This document shows, one piece after another, positions 7,651 to 17,520 of a DNA stretch of 64,000 nucleotides (position 1 is its first letter; every line of letters begins with the position of its first letter). The stretch is taken from positions 3,370-67,369 of the IMG/VR virus record IMGVR_UViG_3300023283_000017; one strand, written 5' to 3'. The position numbers and the translations under genes are program-made. The stretch is from a virus. Lineage: Duplodnaviria; Caudoviricetes. Under the pieces are notes generated by a model, which saw nothing but the letters and a program-made list of their open reading frames with translations, had not been told where the DNA came from and ran no database searches.

Positions 7651-9256
7651 AGTCCTGCTTCTCCTCTTTCACGTCGGTGACCTCGACCAGGGTTTGCTTC
7701 GCGCGGGTCACTGCGACATAGATCAGGTTGTTCTCCTGCGCGATCTGCCAATCGAGGCGCGCCATGTCGGACGGCATGAACGCCTCACGGTCAAGCAGAT
7801 ACACGGTATCCCACTCGAGGCCCTTGGATTTGTGGCAGGAGCACAGCGTGAGCATGCCGGACTCCGACACGCCGTCTGCGAACATCTCGAGGATCATCGA
7901 CTCGAGGTCCGAAACGCGGTCGATCTTGCGCTCACGTGCGCGCTCGATCAGGACGAACAAGGTGCCGACCTCGTCGTCGATACGGTCGGCCTTGTCCTGG
8001 TTGTCCTTGTCGAGTGCCTTCTTGACTTCGCGGTCGCGATACTCCTTGAGCTTGGTCTCCAGGCCGTTGATGGTTTTCACCGACTTCCAGCGCGTCGCGA
8101 GCTTGACGAGGCCCTCGCCGATTGAGCGACCCTCGATCTTGGCCGCGATGCCTTCGCGGATCAGCTTGAAGCACAGGCCGACCAAGTACTTGTTGTAGCG
8201 GCACAGTATCGCGGTCTCGGACGGGTCCACGTTCGGGTCGTTGGCTTGCAGGTTGTCAATCAAGTCCATATAGGGCAGAGTCAGGACCGCGCCTTCAGGC
8301 GCCGTCTCGTGCGCCTCGATGTGAGAGACCCAGTTTTTCGCGTGTGCAACGATGGCCTTCGGGCACCGGTAGGTGACGGTCAGTGGCAAGCTCGTCGCTT
8401 TGAGGCGGGTCTTGATCTGCTGAAGGGAGTCGTTGTCCGCGCCCGTGAAGCCGAAGATCGCTTGGTGCGGATCACCGACGGCGACAAGGCGACCGCTGGG
8501 TTTGAGGATCTTTTCGGCGAGCGCGCGACGCGCGGGGTTGGTGTCCTGCGCCTCGTCAACGAGGACCCAGTCGTAGCCCCAGGCGCGGCACTTCGGGTCC
8601 AGAGGCATATAGATCATGTCGTCGAAGTCGATGACCGACGTTGCGCGCTTGCGCGACCGCTTCAACGCGCACTGAGCGAACTTCACCACGGTGTCCATGC
8701 TGCACCCATCAGGCAGCTTGCCGTCCAGGTCGAACTGGTAGATCATCTCGAACCACACCGACGGGTCGCGCTCGTCGATGAGGAAACCCATGCCGCGGTT
8801 CTTCGCCATGGACACGATGGCTTTGACCATGCCCGCGATCTCGCGAAGGTCCGACCGACGCTCTTGATCCGCGCCTTCACGCTCCTGGATCAACGTGTCC
8901 ACGATGCGATCCATCTTCTTGTCATCAACGTCGATCTGGTGGCCCTTGTGATTCCACAACCACACCTTCATGCCGAGTGAGTGGAACGTGCTCGTGTCGA
9001 GTTCGCGACCACGGCTGATCAGCTCTGGGAACTTGGGCTTGCCGCCGGCGTCGCGCTCTTGCACCTTGTCCTTGATCTCGTTCGCCATCTTCTTGTTATA
9101 GACGCCGAGCCAAACGCGGCCCGGCATCTTCGAGATGCCGTTGAGGATGGTCGTCGTCTTGCCCGCGCCCGCGACGGCCTCGAGGATAGCATGACCGGAG
9201 CCACCGGTGACCCAATCGTAGAACGCTTGCTGGGCGGGAGAGGGTTGGAAAGGCAT
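7631..9256 (-). CDS. SF1A UvrD/PcrA-like helicase
   Basis: AVAGAGKTT, STFHSLG, VDEAQD, GDPHQAIFGFTGA, TYRCP, HKSKGLEW, YVAVTRAK. Confidence 0.92.
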   Translation of the reverse strand: MPFQPSPAQQAFYDWVTGGSGHAILEAVAGAGKTTTILNGISKMPGRVWLGVYNKKMANEIKDKVQERDAGGKPKFPELISRGRELDTSTFHSLGMKVWLWNHKGHQIDVDDKKMDRIVDTLIQEREGADQERRSDLREIAGMVKAIVSMAKNRGMGFLIDERDPSVWFEMIYQFDLDGKLPDGCSMDTVVKFAQCALKRSRKRATSVIDFDDMIYMPLDPKCRAWGYDWVLVDEAQDTNPARRALAEKILKPSGRLVAVGDPHQAIFGFTGADNDSLQQIKTRLKATSLPLTVTYRCPKAIVAHAKNWVSHIEAHETAPEGAVLTLPYMDLIDNLQANDPNVDPSETAILCRYNKYLVGLCFKLIREGIAAKIEGRSIGEGLVKLATRWKSVKTINGLETKLKEYRDREVKKALDKDNQDKADRIDDEVGTLFVLIERARERKIDRVSDLESMILEMFADGVSESGMLTLCSCHKSKGLEWDTVYLLDREAFMPSDMARLDWQIAQENNLIYVAVTRAKQTLVEVTDVKEEKQDYVGRDD

Positions 9257-9309
9257 GTCAGTCTCCGTTGCTCGGTTGATCGGTAAAGCCGCAGCGCGAC
9301 CTTACCAAA

Positions 9310-9338
9310 CGTATAACCGAGTTATTGCCCGACCGCAA
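9310..9338 (-). promoter_or_regulatory. Promoter TTGCGG-N17-TATACG with operator ATAACCGAGTTAT (9313-9325)
   Basis: 17-bp spacing; upstream of the helicase gene. Confidence 0.7.
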
Positions 9339-9357
9339 CCGGTCGCTGTAAGCTTGC

Positions 9358-9819
9358 CTACGACTTATCCTTCGCGACCTTCGCGAGAACCTGGGTGTTA
9401 GCGTCGAGGACGCCGGCGAGTCCCTTCAGGGCGTCTTCCATCAGGAGCGGCCGCCCGACAGTGGAAGCCGCTGAGGCGATGGTTTCTGTGGCCGGGCGGC
9501 CATGCTTGAGCGCGACGCGCAGGTTCTGAGAGCTGGCCTCGAGAATGTCGTCGTCGTGCTGATCCGAACCGTTGGTGCACACCGCGAGCCACATATTAAC
9601 CGCGTACTGCGCGGCGTTGAGGATCGCATTGAGGCGCATGAGGTCTTCCGGCGACCGAGCCATCTCGGCTTGCAAGATCGCCCAGATACGCGGCGCGACG
9701 CTCTGGGTCACATCCTCCATACTCTCCGCGATGCCTTCCTGGAAGAGCTTCTTGCGCTCTTCGTCGCTCATGTTGGCGAGGCCGTTCAAAATAGAATGCA
9801 TGTCAAAGTCGTCGCTCAT
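9358..9819 (-). CDS. Hypothetical helical protein
   Basis: Start set at MSDDFD after a CGGAG RBS. Confidence 0.65.
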   Translation of the reverse strand: MSDDFDMHSILNGLANMSDEERKKLFQEGIAESMEDVTQSVAPRIWAILQAEMARSPEDLMRLNAILNAAQYAVNMWLAVCTNGSDQHDDDILEASSQNLRVALKHGRPATETIASAASTVGRPLLMEDALKGLAGVLDANTQVLAKVAKDKS

Positions 9820-9894
9820 CGTGTTACTCCGTCGGTTGGGTCGCCCTAGCATATTGCCAGGGCGACGGTCAGGCATCAAGTAATCCTTGAGGAC

Positions 9895-10479
9895 TCACCC
9901 AACTTCCATGGGCGTGGCACAGTCGGGGTTCGGACACTGGACAAACGTCACGTGCTCGATCCACTTGACGGTCGTCCGCATAACGAACTCGCACTCTGGG
10001 CACGTGCACTTGACCATGCGGGTCGTCTGCTTCTTCGCGCCGTCCTCCTGGGTCAGCTCCGCATGAGGCAGCGGGCCGAGGCTTTCGACGATGGGATCCG
10101 CTCAAGCGTGCCAATCGCTCGTCGGGACGGTCGCCGTGGCCTTCCCACCGAGACCGAGAGCCTTCATCGCCGCCTTGAACTTCGGACCATGACCTTCCTC
10201 GAGGCCGACAGCCGCGTGGATCAGTTCGTGAGTGTGGACGTCGGCGATGCGCGACGCGCACCCGAGCTTTGGTGTAATGAAGATCTCGAAGCAGCCATCA
10301 CCCGAGCACCTGGAGTCCCAGCACTCGCCGATGCGCGAAGAACGCGCGCCTTTCGACGTGAATCCGACTGAGACCCGGATTTTCTCGGGTATGGGGTAGC
10401 CGGCCCGCTTGAACACGGGCCGGGCGCGGCGGGTGAACTCGTTGAGCCAAGCCTCGCGGGTCTTGAAGTTGTGCGGCAT
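9895..10479 (-). pseudogene. SprT-like zinc metalloprotease with a C-terminal Cys-rich domain, interrupted by in-frame TGA at 10102-10104
   Basis: HELIH and GHGPKF motifs; the same frame continues 68 codons past the stop (LGPLPHAEL...KKQTTRMVKCTCPEC...CPNPDC). Confidence 0.7.
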
Positions 10480-10490
10480 GTCGTCCTCCC

Positions 10491-10793
10491 TCAGCGCAGG
10501 ACTACAAACGCGAGGCCGTTCTCGCGCTCGGCGGGTGTCACCGACAGGTTGATCTGGGCGCCGCGCTGGTCGACGAGGACGCGTCCCACATCGTTGAGCG
10601 CCTCCATGAACTTCTCGCGCGAGATCGTGATGCAGGTTCCGCCCTGGAACCCACGACCCTCTTCGTCAGGGATCGGCAAGAACGCGCAGATGTGAACCTG
10701 GAACCGGACGCGATTTTCAAGGTTGCGCACGAACTTGACGGCTTCGGCGGTCGAATTGAAGAACAGCTCTTCGTCCTTGGTGATGCGTGACAT
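10491..10793 (-). CDS. Early hypothetical protein
   Basis: AACGGAG RBS; directly downstream of the promoter at 10821-10855. Confidence 0.7.
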   Translation of the reverse strand: MSRITKDEELFFNSTAEAVKFVRNLENRVRFQVHICAFLPIPDEEGRGFQGGTCITISREKFMEALNDVGRVLVDQRGAQINLSVTPAERENGLAFVVLR

Positions 10794-10820
10794 TGTAGGT
10801 TGCTCCGTTGCTTCGTTGAT

Positions 10821-10855
10821 ATAACCAAGTTATATCCGAGGACACCGGATTGCAA
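10821..10855 (-). promoter_or_regulatory. Promoter TTGCAA-N17-TAACTT with operator ATAACCAAGTTAT (10821-10833)
   Basis: Same architecture as 61975-62009; CGTTTAAACG abuts the -35 at 10857-10866. Confidence 0.7.
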
Positions 10856-10868
10856 CCGTTTAAACGCA

Positions 10869-11138
10869 TCAGGCGGGAAAATCTTTACCTGGCACCAAGA
10901 GCCGGCCCGTGCTACCGCCCGTCGGGTTGTGGATCACCTCGGGACGCTCCATGTTGGTGACGAGCGCAGCCTCATAGTCGACGATCTCGTAGTCGATGCG
11001 CGGGTTGGCATTGACTGCGGCGACAAACCGCGCACAGCCGTCAGAGCCGCCGCCGACCTCGACGATGTCCGCCTCCTCGATACCCGCCTTAGGCGTGCCC
11101 GGTTTATAGCGCTTGACGATGCGAATCTTATTGCTCAT
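10869..11138 (-). CDS. Hypothetical protein (89 aa)
   Basis: C-terminal part of track ORF 10869..11543; GGAGG RBS before MSNKIR. Confidence 0.6.
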   Translation of the reverse strand: MSNKIRIVKRYKPGTPKAGIEEADIVEVGGGSDGCARFVAAVNANPRIDYEIVDYEAALVTNMERPEVIHNPTGGSTGRLLVPGKDFPA

Positions 11139-11574
11139 ATGGGTCCTCCATTTCCAGAATGCCGACCTTAGAGTCGCGTGCCATTGCTCTCGCGGCGGCG
11201 AAGCTGTCCTCGAACCGCTGTGCGAGCGCGTTGGGGACGGGTTTCGTGATGACCGAGGCGACACCTGCCTGGATGAGCAGCCCCATGCAGTTGGCGCACG
11301 GATGGTGCGTGACGTAGGCCGTGGCTCCTTCGGTGTTGCCGACCGCGTTAAGGACGGCATTGGCTTCCGCATGCTGCACCATGAGGTATTTGGTGTTGCG
11401 GTCGTCATAGCGCTCAGCGGAGTCCTCGACGCCACGCGGGAAGCCATTGTAGCCCATGGCGACCACGCGGCGCTTGTCGTCGACCAGAACGCAACCGACT
11501 TTCGTGGACGGATCTTTCGACCATGCAGCGACGTGTTCGGCAAGGGTGAGGAACCTAGAGTGCCATTTCAGCAT
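11128..11574 (-). CDS. dCMP deaminase
   Basis: WSKDPSTKVGC, GYNGFPRG, HAEANA, PCANC zinc motifs. Confidence 0.93.
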   Translation of the reverse strand: MLKWHSRFLTLAEHVAAWSKDPSTKVGCVLVDDKRRVVAMGYNGFPRGVEDSAERYDDRNTKYLMVQHAEANAVLNAVGNTEGATAYVTHHPCANCMGLLIQAGVASVITKPVPNALAQRFEDSFAAARAMARDSKVGILEMEDPYEQ

Positions 11575-12497
11575 CGTCTTTTCCACTTCTCTAAGGTGAT
11601 GACGCGGCACAATATGTCGCTGATGTGGTTGTAGTCATAGGACGGGCTCTCAAAAGCCATCAGAACGCCGCGTGCCCAGCGGTTGTCGGGCGCGTTGAGT
11701 ATCACCTGCGTTGCGTAAGCGCGAACTTGCTGCCGAATGGACTCCGGCGGCGTGTCGCTGAGTTGTGTCAGCACCTTGCACACCTTGGCGAAGGAGAAGT
11801 CGGGCTTGATGATGAGGCGCGCGAGGTCAACTGCTTCCTTGGCAGAAGATGCTCGGCTCAACGCGCCCTCGGCTTCGGCGCGCGACGTGGTGTGCTTGAC
11901 AGCGGTCAAGTTGACTAGGGCTTGCCGCGGCGAACCGCGCGCCTCCATGACCGCTACGTCGAGGACGTCCTCGACGAGGTCGAGCGACTCTTTCTCGGCT
12001 ACCGATGCGATGAGCCGCAAGAGCGGGCGATATGGGACCTCCTTGAGCGAGTAGCACACGCACCGAGTCTGGACCGTTTCAGGGACTTTTGCGCCTTCGG
12101 TCGTGCAGAAGAACCAGTAGACTCCGGTTGGAGGCTCCTCGATGATCTTTAGAAGCGAGTCCCAAGCCTGACGCGACAGTCGATGGGTTTCGTCAACGAT
12201 GATAGCGCGATTGCCACCATCCAGGGACGTGTAGTTGGCTCGATCTGCGACCGCGCGCATGGCATCCACGCCAGTATGGCTTGCCGCGTCGATCTCGTCT
12301 ACTGCGGTGCAGTTCAGCTCTGCTGCGGCGAGACGGGCGAGTGTGGTCTTTCCCGTACCAGAGGGCCCCTGGAACAAGAATGCCTGTTGTCTGCCTTCTG
12401 ACAGAACGCGCGCGAGGCCGTCCTTCACGTGCTCCTGACCGACGACCTCATCGAGCGAGGTAGGTCGGTACTTAGTGTGCAAGGCGTCGCCAGTCAT
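11568..12497 (-). CDS. AAA+ clamp-loader subunit (DnaX gamma/tau-like)
   Basis: KYRPTSLDEVVGQEH, GPSGTGKTT, EIDAASHTGVD, DETHRLS, LLKIIEEPP, TRC. Confidence 0.88.
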   Translation of the reverse strand: MTGDALHTKYRPTSLDEVVGQEHVKDGLARVLSEGRQQAFLFQGPSGTGKTTLARLAAAELNCTAVDEIDAASHTGVDAMRAVADRANYTSLDGGNRAIIVDETHRLSRQAWDSLLKIIEEPPTGVYWFFCTTEGAKVPETVQTRCVCYSLKEVPYRPLLRLIASVAEKESLDLVEDVLDVAVMEARGSPRQALVNLTAVKHTTSRAEAEGALSRASSAKEAVDLARLIIKPDFSFAKVCKVLTQLSDTPPESIRQQVRAYATQVILNAPDNRWARGVLMAFESPSYDYNHISDILCRVITLEKWKRRC

Positions 12498-12699
12498 CTC
12501 GTTGCTCCCATTCACCGTTGATTTTCTGCTTAACGTCTACCACACCACTCTGGGCGAGTTCAAGCACGACTTGAGAAAGCTTCCACAGCACGCGGTTGCG
12601 TTTGAGGTGATCACCGAAGATCGACACCTGCGCAGTACCGTCGAGCGACACTACGAACAGGAAGTCAGGGTCTTCGTCCGGTAGTTCTTCTTCCATCAC
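12472..12699 (-). CDS. Small hypothetical protein
   Basis: ORF track; start overlaps the polymerase stop. Confidence 0.5.
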   Translation of the reverse strand: MMEEELPDEDPDFLFVVSLDGTAQVSIFGDHLKRNRVLWKLSQVVLELAQSGVVDVKQKINGEWEQRDDWRRLAH

Positions 12700-14690
12700 T
12701 TTGCCTCATCCCAGTTGCTACCCAAGGTTCCGTCAGCTAGAACAGGCACCTCCAGCGTCACTGCCTGCTCCATGATGTGTCGAAGCTCCTCAAACGCCTC
12801 GTGCCCCTCTTTCGTGCGAGGCACTGACGAGTTCAGTTCATCATGAACTGTGAGGTGCGGCACGAGCACATTGAACACGCCGGCGTCCCACGCGTCGACC
12901 ATGGCCTTCTTCATCAGGTCGGCGGCCGAACCTTGAAGCAGGGCGTTTAGCGACTTGTGAGTGAACGACCGACGTGGGCGCTTCGTGACGCGGCGCGTGC
13001 TGAGAACGGCGTCTAGCAGCTTCTCGTCCACAAGCTCCTTGACAACCTCACCCTTGTCGCCCCGGTACTCTACCTCGAAAGTCGGGAACCGACGCTTTCG
13101 ACCGAGTATGGTGCGGATAAAGCCGCGCGACGCAGCAGCGCTCGACGCGCGCTCGAGCATGGATCGGATGAAAGGCGCGTTCGCGTGGAACTTGTCCATG
13201 ATCGCTTGCGCGTCGGACATCTCGACGCCGAGCGACGCAGCCAGCTTCGGCACCCCCATCCCGTAGACGACGCCGAAGTTCACGTTCTTCGCCTGCTTGC
13301 GAGGCACACCAGTCAGGTCAGACGCCATCTGGTGGAAGTCGGTGCTCGGGTCCTGACGGTACATGCGAACTGCTTCCGAGGCGTCGATACCTTTGGTGCT
13401 GGCCGCGTAGTGCACGAGCAGTCGGTACTCGATCTGCGACCAGTCGAGCGACCCCCATTGCATCCCCTCTTCCGGTATGAACATGGAGCGCATGAGCGGT
13501 CCGAGTTCAGGATGGCGAGCCGGGATGTTCTGCAGGTTCGGGTTAGAGCTCGAGAAACGACCGGACACGGTCCCTGACTCGTCTGACTTGAGCTGGTTGA
13601 ACATGCAGTGGATGCGGCCGCCAACGTGCCCCTGCAGGATGTAGGAGTCGATGAAGGTGCCGGCCGTTTTGTCATACTCGCGCGCCCGCATGATTAGTTG
13701 CGCGATCTCGTGGTTGCACGCCTTCAGCCAGTCTTTCTTGAATGATGGCTTGCCCGTGGCTGTCCTCTCGTACTCAAGTCCTAGCGCGTCGAAGCCAACA
13801 GAAATCGAGTCCGCCGACCAGATGTCCACCGACGTGCCCGCCATGTCGCGCAGCTTTGCCTCGATCTCGGCCTTTTCCTTGCGAAGGCGATCCGACGAGT
13901 CCTCGGCTTTCTTGACGTTGACGCGCACCCCTTGGTAGCGCATTTCCAGGAGCAGCGGCGTCAATGCGGCTTCGATACGGAAAAGCTCGAGCAGTTCGTC
14001 CTGTTCAAGCTTCGACTGCTGCTTGTCGAAGACCCGCCAAGCGAGCGTTGCGTCATCCTCGGCGTAGACAGATGCGTGCGACGGATGCACCCGGTGCATG
14101 TTCTCGATGTAGCCTTGGCCGTAGAGCTTGACCAACTCGTCGTAGGACTTGGTGAGGTTCAGGTAGTCTTTGCAAAGCGCATCGAGCTTGTAGGTTAGGC
14201 GGTTCTCGTCGATAAGGGGCTCTGCTATCTGCACGTCGCGGAACTTCGCCTTCGGGAACACGATGCCGTGACGCGTGCGCAGCCAGTCTAGGTCGTACTG
14301 CAGGTTGGCGCCGACGATCTCACCTTCGAACTTCTGAGCTTCCTCGGCAAGCCGAGCGTAGAACTTGTCCGGGTCTTCGACGTTCGGGCCGACCTCGTGC
14401 TGAGTTGGGTAGTAACACGCGTCTTGTTCAGCATAGGCTATGGACACACCGACGACCTTGCCGTCCTTACGATGCGCACCGGGCCCGAACTGGTCGATGC
14501 CCGGGTCATGCGCCTCGATGTCCAGGCCAATGCGCTTCAGGCCGTCGATAGAGCGGTACTCAGGAGGTGCGTAGTCGCGGGGGAGCTCTCGAGGCACCTC
14601 AAAGTGCTTTCGCGCTTTCGCGGGTGTCTTCTGCTGCGGTTGAACATGCGCGAGATCAAAGAGACCTCCGTCGACTAGGCCGACCATCAA
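12696..14690 (-). CDS. polA: Family A DNA polymerase with a 3'-5' exonuclease domain
   Basis: LDIEA (Exo I), ANLQYD, TVSGRFSSSNPNLQNIP, DWSQIEYR (motif A), KQAKNVNFGVVYG (B), VHDEL (C). Confidence 0.96.
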   Translation of the reverse strand: MMVGLVDGGLFDLAHVQPQQKTPAKARKHFEVPRELPRDYAPPEYRSIDGLKRIGLDIEAHDPGIDQFGPGAHRKDGKVVGVSIAYAEQDACYYPTQHEVGPNVEDPDKFYARLAEEAQKFEGEIVGANLQYDLDWLRTRHGIVFPKAKFRDVQIAEPLIDENRLTYKLDALCKDYLNLTKSYDELVKLYGQGYIENMHRVHPSHASVYAEDDATLAWRVFDKQQSKLEQDELLELFRIEAALTPLLLEMRYQGVRVNVKKAEDSSDRLRKEKAEIEAKLRDMAGTSVDIWSADSISVGFDALGLEYERTATGKPSFKKDWLKACNHEIAQLIMRAREYDKTAGTFIDSYILQGHVGGRIHCMFNQLKSDESGTVSGRFSSSNPNLQNIPARHPELGPLMRSMFIPEEGMQWGSLDWSQIEYRLLVHYAASTKGIDASEAVRMYRQDPSTDFHQMASDLTGVPRKQAKNVNFGVVYGMGVPKLAASLGVEMSDAQAIMDKFHANAPFIRSMLERASSAAASRGFIRTILGRKRRFPTFEVEYRGDKGEVVKELVDEKLLDAVLSTRRVTKRPRRSFTHKSLNALLQGSAADLMKKAMVDAWDAGVFNVLVPHLTVHDELNSSVPRTKEGHEAFEELRHIMEQAVTLEVPVLADGTLGSNWDEAK

Positions 14691-15505
14691 GCCATCCCCG
14701 CATACAGGTGAGCTTGAACCTGGAACCGCAGACCGTTCGCGACCGCGTAGCGGGCAGTGTGCTCGTGGTTCGCTTGGTTGGTAGTCAGGTCAAGCAGCCC
14801 GGGTTCCCAGAAGGAGATGACTTCCTCGACAGTCGAGCGCTGCTCCATGGACGTCGCGTTGCTCGTTCGCATGACTTTCGCTTTCCGAGGTTCGCGCGCG
14901 TAGACGTTCATAGGCGAGACGAACACGTCGCCCGGGCTACTTAGGTTCCAGTCGAGCGCCCAGTCGGGAATGGACGAGTAAGGGGACGATGGGTCCGCGC
15001 ACATCACGAACTTGAGACTGTCCGCGCGCTCGAGAACCTCATCTCGCGGCGTCAAGTAGCGCGTGGCCACGCCTCGCTTCTCCATGCACTTCGGCGACAC
15101 GACTAGGTGGACATCGTCGGGAAGCGGTTGCAGAAGCGTGCCGTTGCTCTCGATCTGGATGTTGCGCCACAGCCCAACTTGCGTCTCGAGCCACTCGCCG
15201 AGCTCTTTCTGGAGCAGCGGCTCGCCGCCGGTGATCACCAAGACGTAGTCCTTCGCTTCGAGCGGCGTCTCGAATACCAGGTCGCCCAGATGGTCGTTTA
15301 AACGGTCGAAAGTCAGCCAGTCTCCGGAGTCGAAATAAGTGTCGCAGAAAGAGCACGCCAGGTTGCACTTCGCGAGGCGCACGAAGACGGCAGGAAGGCC
15401 CGAAAATGGACCTTCCCCTTGAAGCGTGACGAAGCAGGAAGTCACGTGGAGAACGCCTTCTTCGGCAAAGTGTCGCTGACCCACTCGCTCGTTGAGGCCG
15501 AACAT
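14687..15505 (-). CDS. queE: 7-carboxy-7-deazaguanine synthase (radical SAM)
   Basis: TLQGEG...AVFVRLAKCNLACSFCDT (CxxxCxxC), ITGGEPLLQ, IESNGT, VSPK. Confidence 0.93.
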   Translation of the reverse strand: MFGLNERVGQRHFAEEGVLHVTSCFVTLQGEGPFSGLPAVFVRLAKCNLACSFCDTYFDSGDWLTFDRLNDHLGDLVFETPLEAKDYVLVITGGEPLLQKELGEWLETQVGLWRNIQIESNGTLLQPLPDDVHLVVSPKCMEKRGVATRYLTPRDEVLERADSLKFVMCADPSSPYSSIPDWALDWNLSSPGDVFVSPMNVYAREPRKAKVMRTSNATSMEQRSTVEEVISFWEPGLLDLTTNQANHEHTARYAVANGLRFQVQAHLYAGMA

Positions 15506-15895
15506 TCAGGACCTCGCCGCTAGACGCTTGGCTCGATCCTCGGCCGTCTCGCCGGAATACCAGCGGCCGTTGGCGCGCCGCTTCTGGTCGTTGAGGCGCT
15601 TTTTCCACTCCTTGGCCGAAACCCCGTAGACGTCGATCACGTCCACGTCACGCCCGCGCTTGTTCTTGCGCTTGATCACCGTCCCATCCTTGCGACGTGC
15701 GGTGTGCTCTGTTCGCGGGATCGCGACGACTTTGGGCTTGCAGCCGAGCAGGACGCTGTCCGGAATACCGCGGGTCTGAAGGTGCGGGCCGATCTGGTTG
15801 ATGCCCATGGTCGCGAGTAGGCGCCCCATCGCACCCGGGATCGCGCCGCTCTTGTCGTCGCGCATCTTCGACATGAGTTTATCGAATAGTTGCAT
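15506..15895 (-). CDS. Basic hypothetical protein
   Basis: ORF track; K/R-rich; tightly packed between neighbours. Confidence 0.6.
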   Translation of the reverse strand: MQLFDKLMSKMRDDKSGAIPGAMGRLLATMGINQIGPHLQTRGIPDSVLLGCKPKVVAIPRTEHTARRKDGTVIKRKNKRGRDVDVIDVYGVSAKEWKKRLNDQKRRANGRWYSGETAEDRAKRLAARS

Positions 15896-15898
15896 AGG

Positions 15899-16873
15899 TT
15901 ACTCCTGTCGCGTGCGGCCTGCGATGAGGCCAAGTGAGCCCCGGGCCGTGCGAAACGGAACCGGAGACGGATAGCGGTCAAACCCGATTTCTTGAGCTCG
16001 GGACATGACCGCGGTGAGATCCTTCGTGCCGAACAGGGCCGAGTTCTCGAGGTCACCGAGATTGGTGTCTAGGGACTCGCTGTGCTCGATGTGACGCAGC
16101 GTAGTGTAGATGTGGTTCGGGTTGATCTCGATGAAGCCGTCTGAGTAACCGACGGCCGACATGAAAGCACTACGGTACTGGTCACCGATGCTCTGCAACC
16201 CGGTCCAGTCGTTGACGCTGTCCACCATGTGGACAGCCTGATCTGGCATTTCAGGGTTCATGCGAGCCGCATGCGCCCAAGACCCGTCTCGGAACTCGAG
16301 CAAGACGCTGCGCTTGTCATGCCCCCACGCCTCGAGATCCGCGCGTCTGAGGCGGATGTAATCGACGACAGCCCGTGGTAGGGTGACACCGTGGAGACCC
16401 GAGCTTTGCCGCAGCTCTGAGCGCAGCAGAACGGTGCTATTCGTTGCGGTGATGCGGCAGCCATCGAACCGCGCGCTACTCGACCAAGGACGCGACGGAT
16501 GACCTTCGGTGAAAGGCCAGACGTCGTCTAGCGCGTCGCCCAGGTCTTCGGGGTCTGCAATAGGAGATGTCTCGATGTCTGGCTTGGTCACTTCGCGCTC
16601 AGCGGAAAGTCGCTTCAGCCGAGTGTTTCCGTTCTTCGACTTCAGGGTGACGTAGGACGCCCCGACTGACAGCTCAGCATCCGGGACCTTGCGGAAGGCG
16701 AAGTCGAGGTCAACTCCCGTGACAGAGAAGTCCTTGGCATCGACCGGTATGCTGACCGCCATGATCGCGTTCTTCGCTTGCAGTCGACCCTCCTTGACCG
16801 TCACAGCGGCGTCCGCATCAAGCACGGCTTGGAAATCGCACGCGTGCTTGACTAGCGCAAATTGTTCTCGCAT
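15899..16873 (-). CDS. Putative sliding clamp (DNA pol III beta-like)
   Basis: 324 aa of repeated beta/alpha character; ITATNSTVL and TLPRAVV resemble beta-clamp segments; lies among clamp-loader, polymerase and exonuclease genes. Confidence 0.5.
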   Translation of the reverse strand: MREQFALVKHACDFQAVLDADAAVTVKEGRLQAKNAIMAVSIPVDAKDFSVTGVDLDFAFRKVPDAELSVGASYVTLKSKNGNTRLKRLSAEREVTKPDIETSPIADPEDLGDALDDVWPFTEGHPSRPWSSSARFDGCRITATNSTVLLRSELRQSSGLHGVTLPRAVVDYIRLRRADLEAWGHDKRSVLLEFRDGSWAHAARMNPEMPDQAVHMVDSVNDWTGLQSIGDQYRSAFMSAVGYSDGFIEINPNHIYTTLRHIEHSESLDTNLGDLENSALFGTKDLTAVMSRAQEIGFDRYPSPVPFRTARGSLGLIAGRTRQE

Positions 16874-16884
16874 GCTCGTCTCCG

Positions 16885-17520
16885 TTACGTGCTCGGCCAG
16901 TTCTCTGGTAGGCGCCAGAGGTTGTGGCCGGCGTCCTCAATCGCCCACAGCACGGCGGCACAAGCCTCGACGTCCACCATCGCATCATGCGCCCCTTCAA
17001 AGCCCATTGGATCGACCAGCGCGCGGTATGACTCGTCTAGAGTCGGGAACTTGAAACCGTACTTGCCGGGCAACTGTAGCACCGGCTCGAGGGTCTTCAT
17101 AGTGCAGAACTTGGGTGTTTCCCAATATGCTTGTTGAGGCGCCGCGATGCGCGAGTAAGCGGCGCGCATGATCGGATCATCAAACCCCATGTTGTGCGCC
17201 ACGATGCGGTCCGCTTTCTTCACCATGTTGTTGAACGCGGCGACGCCGACCTTGTAGGTCGTCCCTGCTCGGTCGACCGTCTCTTGAGTGATCCCGGAGT
17301 CGATGAAGAACTTCTCGGTTGGTATGGTCGCAACGCCGCCGTGCGCGTCGAGCGGTTCCATGAAGTAAGAGCAGTGCGCCACGGGACGACGGCCCCAGTA
17401 AAGGATAGCGGCGATCTGCACAAGCGACGGCTCTTGAGTGAGCGGTACGTTCTTTCCTTTAGGTCGCATGCCGTTGGTCTCTGTGTCAAAGACGAGCGTG
17501 GTCACATCAGTCATGAACAC
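16885..17520 (-). CDS. DEDDh 3'-5' exonuclease (DnaQ/epsilon-like)
   Basis: FDTETNG, LVQIAA, VAHNMGFD, CTMKT, AHDAMVDV. Confidence 0.88.
   Translation of the reverse strand: MFMTDVTTLVFDTETNGMRPKGKNVPLTQEPSLVQIAAILYWGRRPVAHCSYFMEPLDAHGGVATIPTEKFFIDSGITQETVDRAGTTYKVGVAAFNNMVKKADRIVAHNMGFDDPIMRAAYSRIAAPQQAYWETPKFCTMKTLEPVLQLPGKYGFKFPTLDESYRALVDPMGFEGAHDAMVDVEACAAVLWAIEDAGHNLWRLPENWPST

Noticed and set aside
10102-10104. Genome-wide TGA-to-Trp recoding
   Set aside because: Many genes end correctly at TGA, often overlapping the next ATG, and only one interrupted gene was seen
12696-14690. 2-aminoadenine (Z) genome suggested by the MazZ/DUF5664 genes
   Set aside because: No PurZ or DatZ recognised in the window; the unseen remainder is probably mostly terL and the portal 5' end
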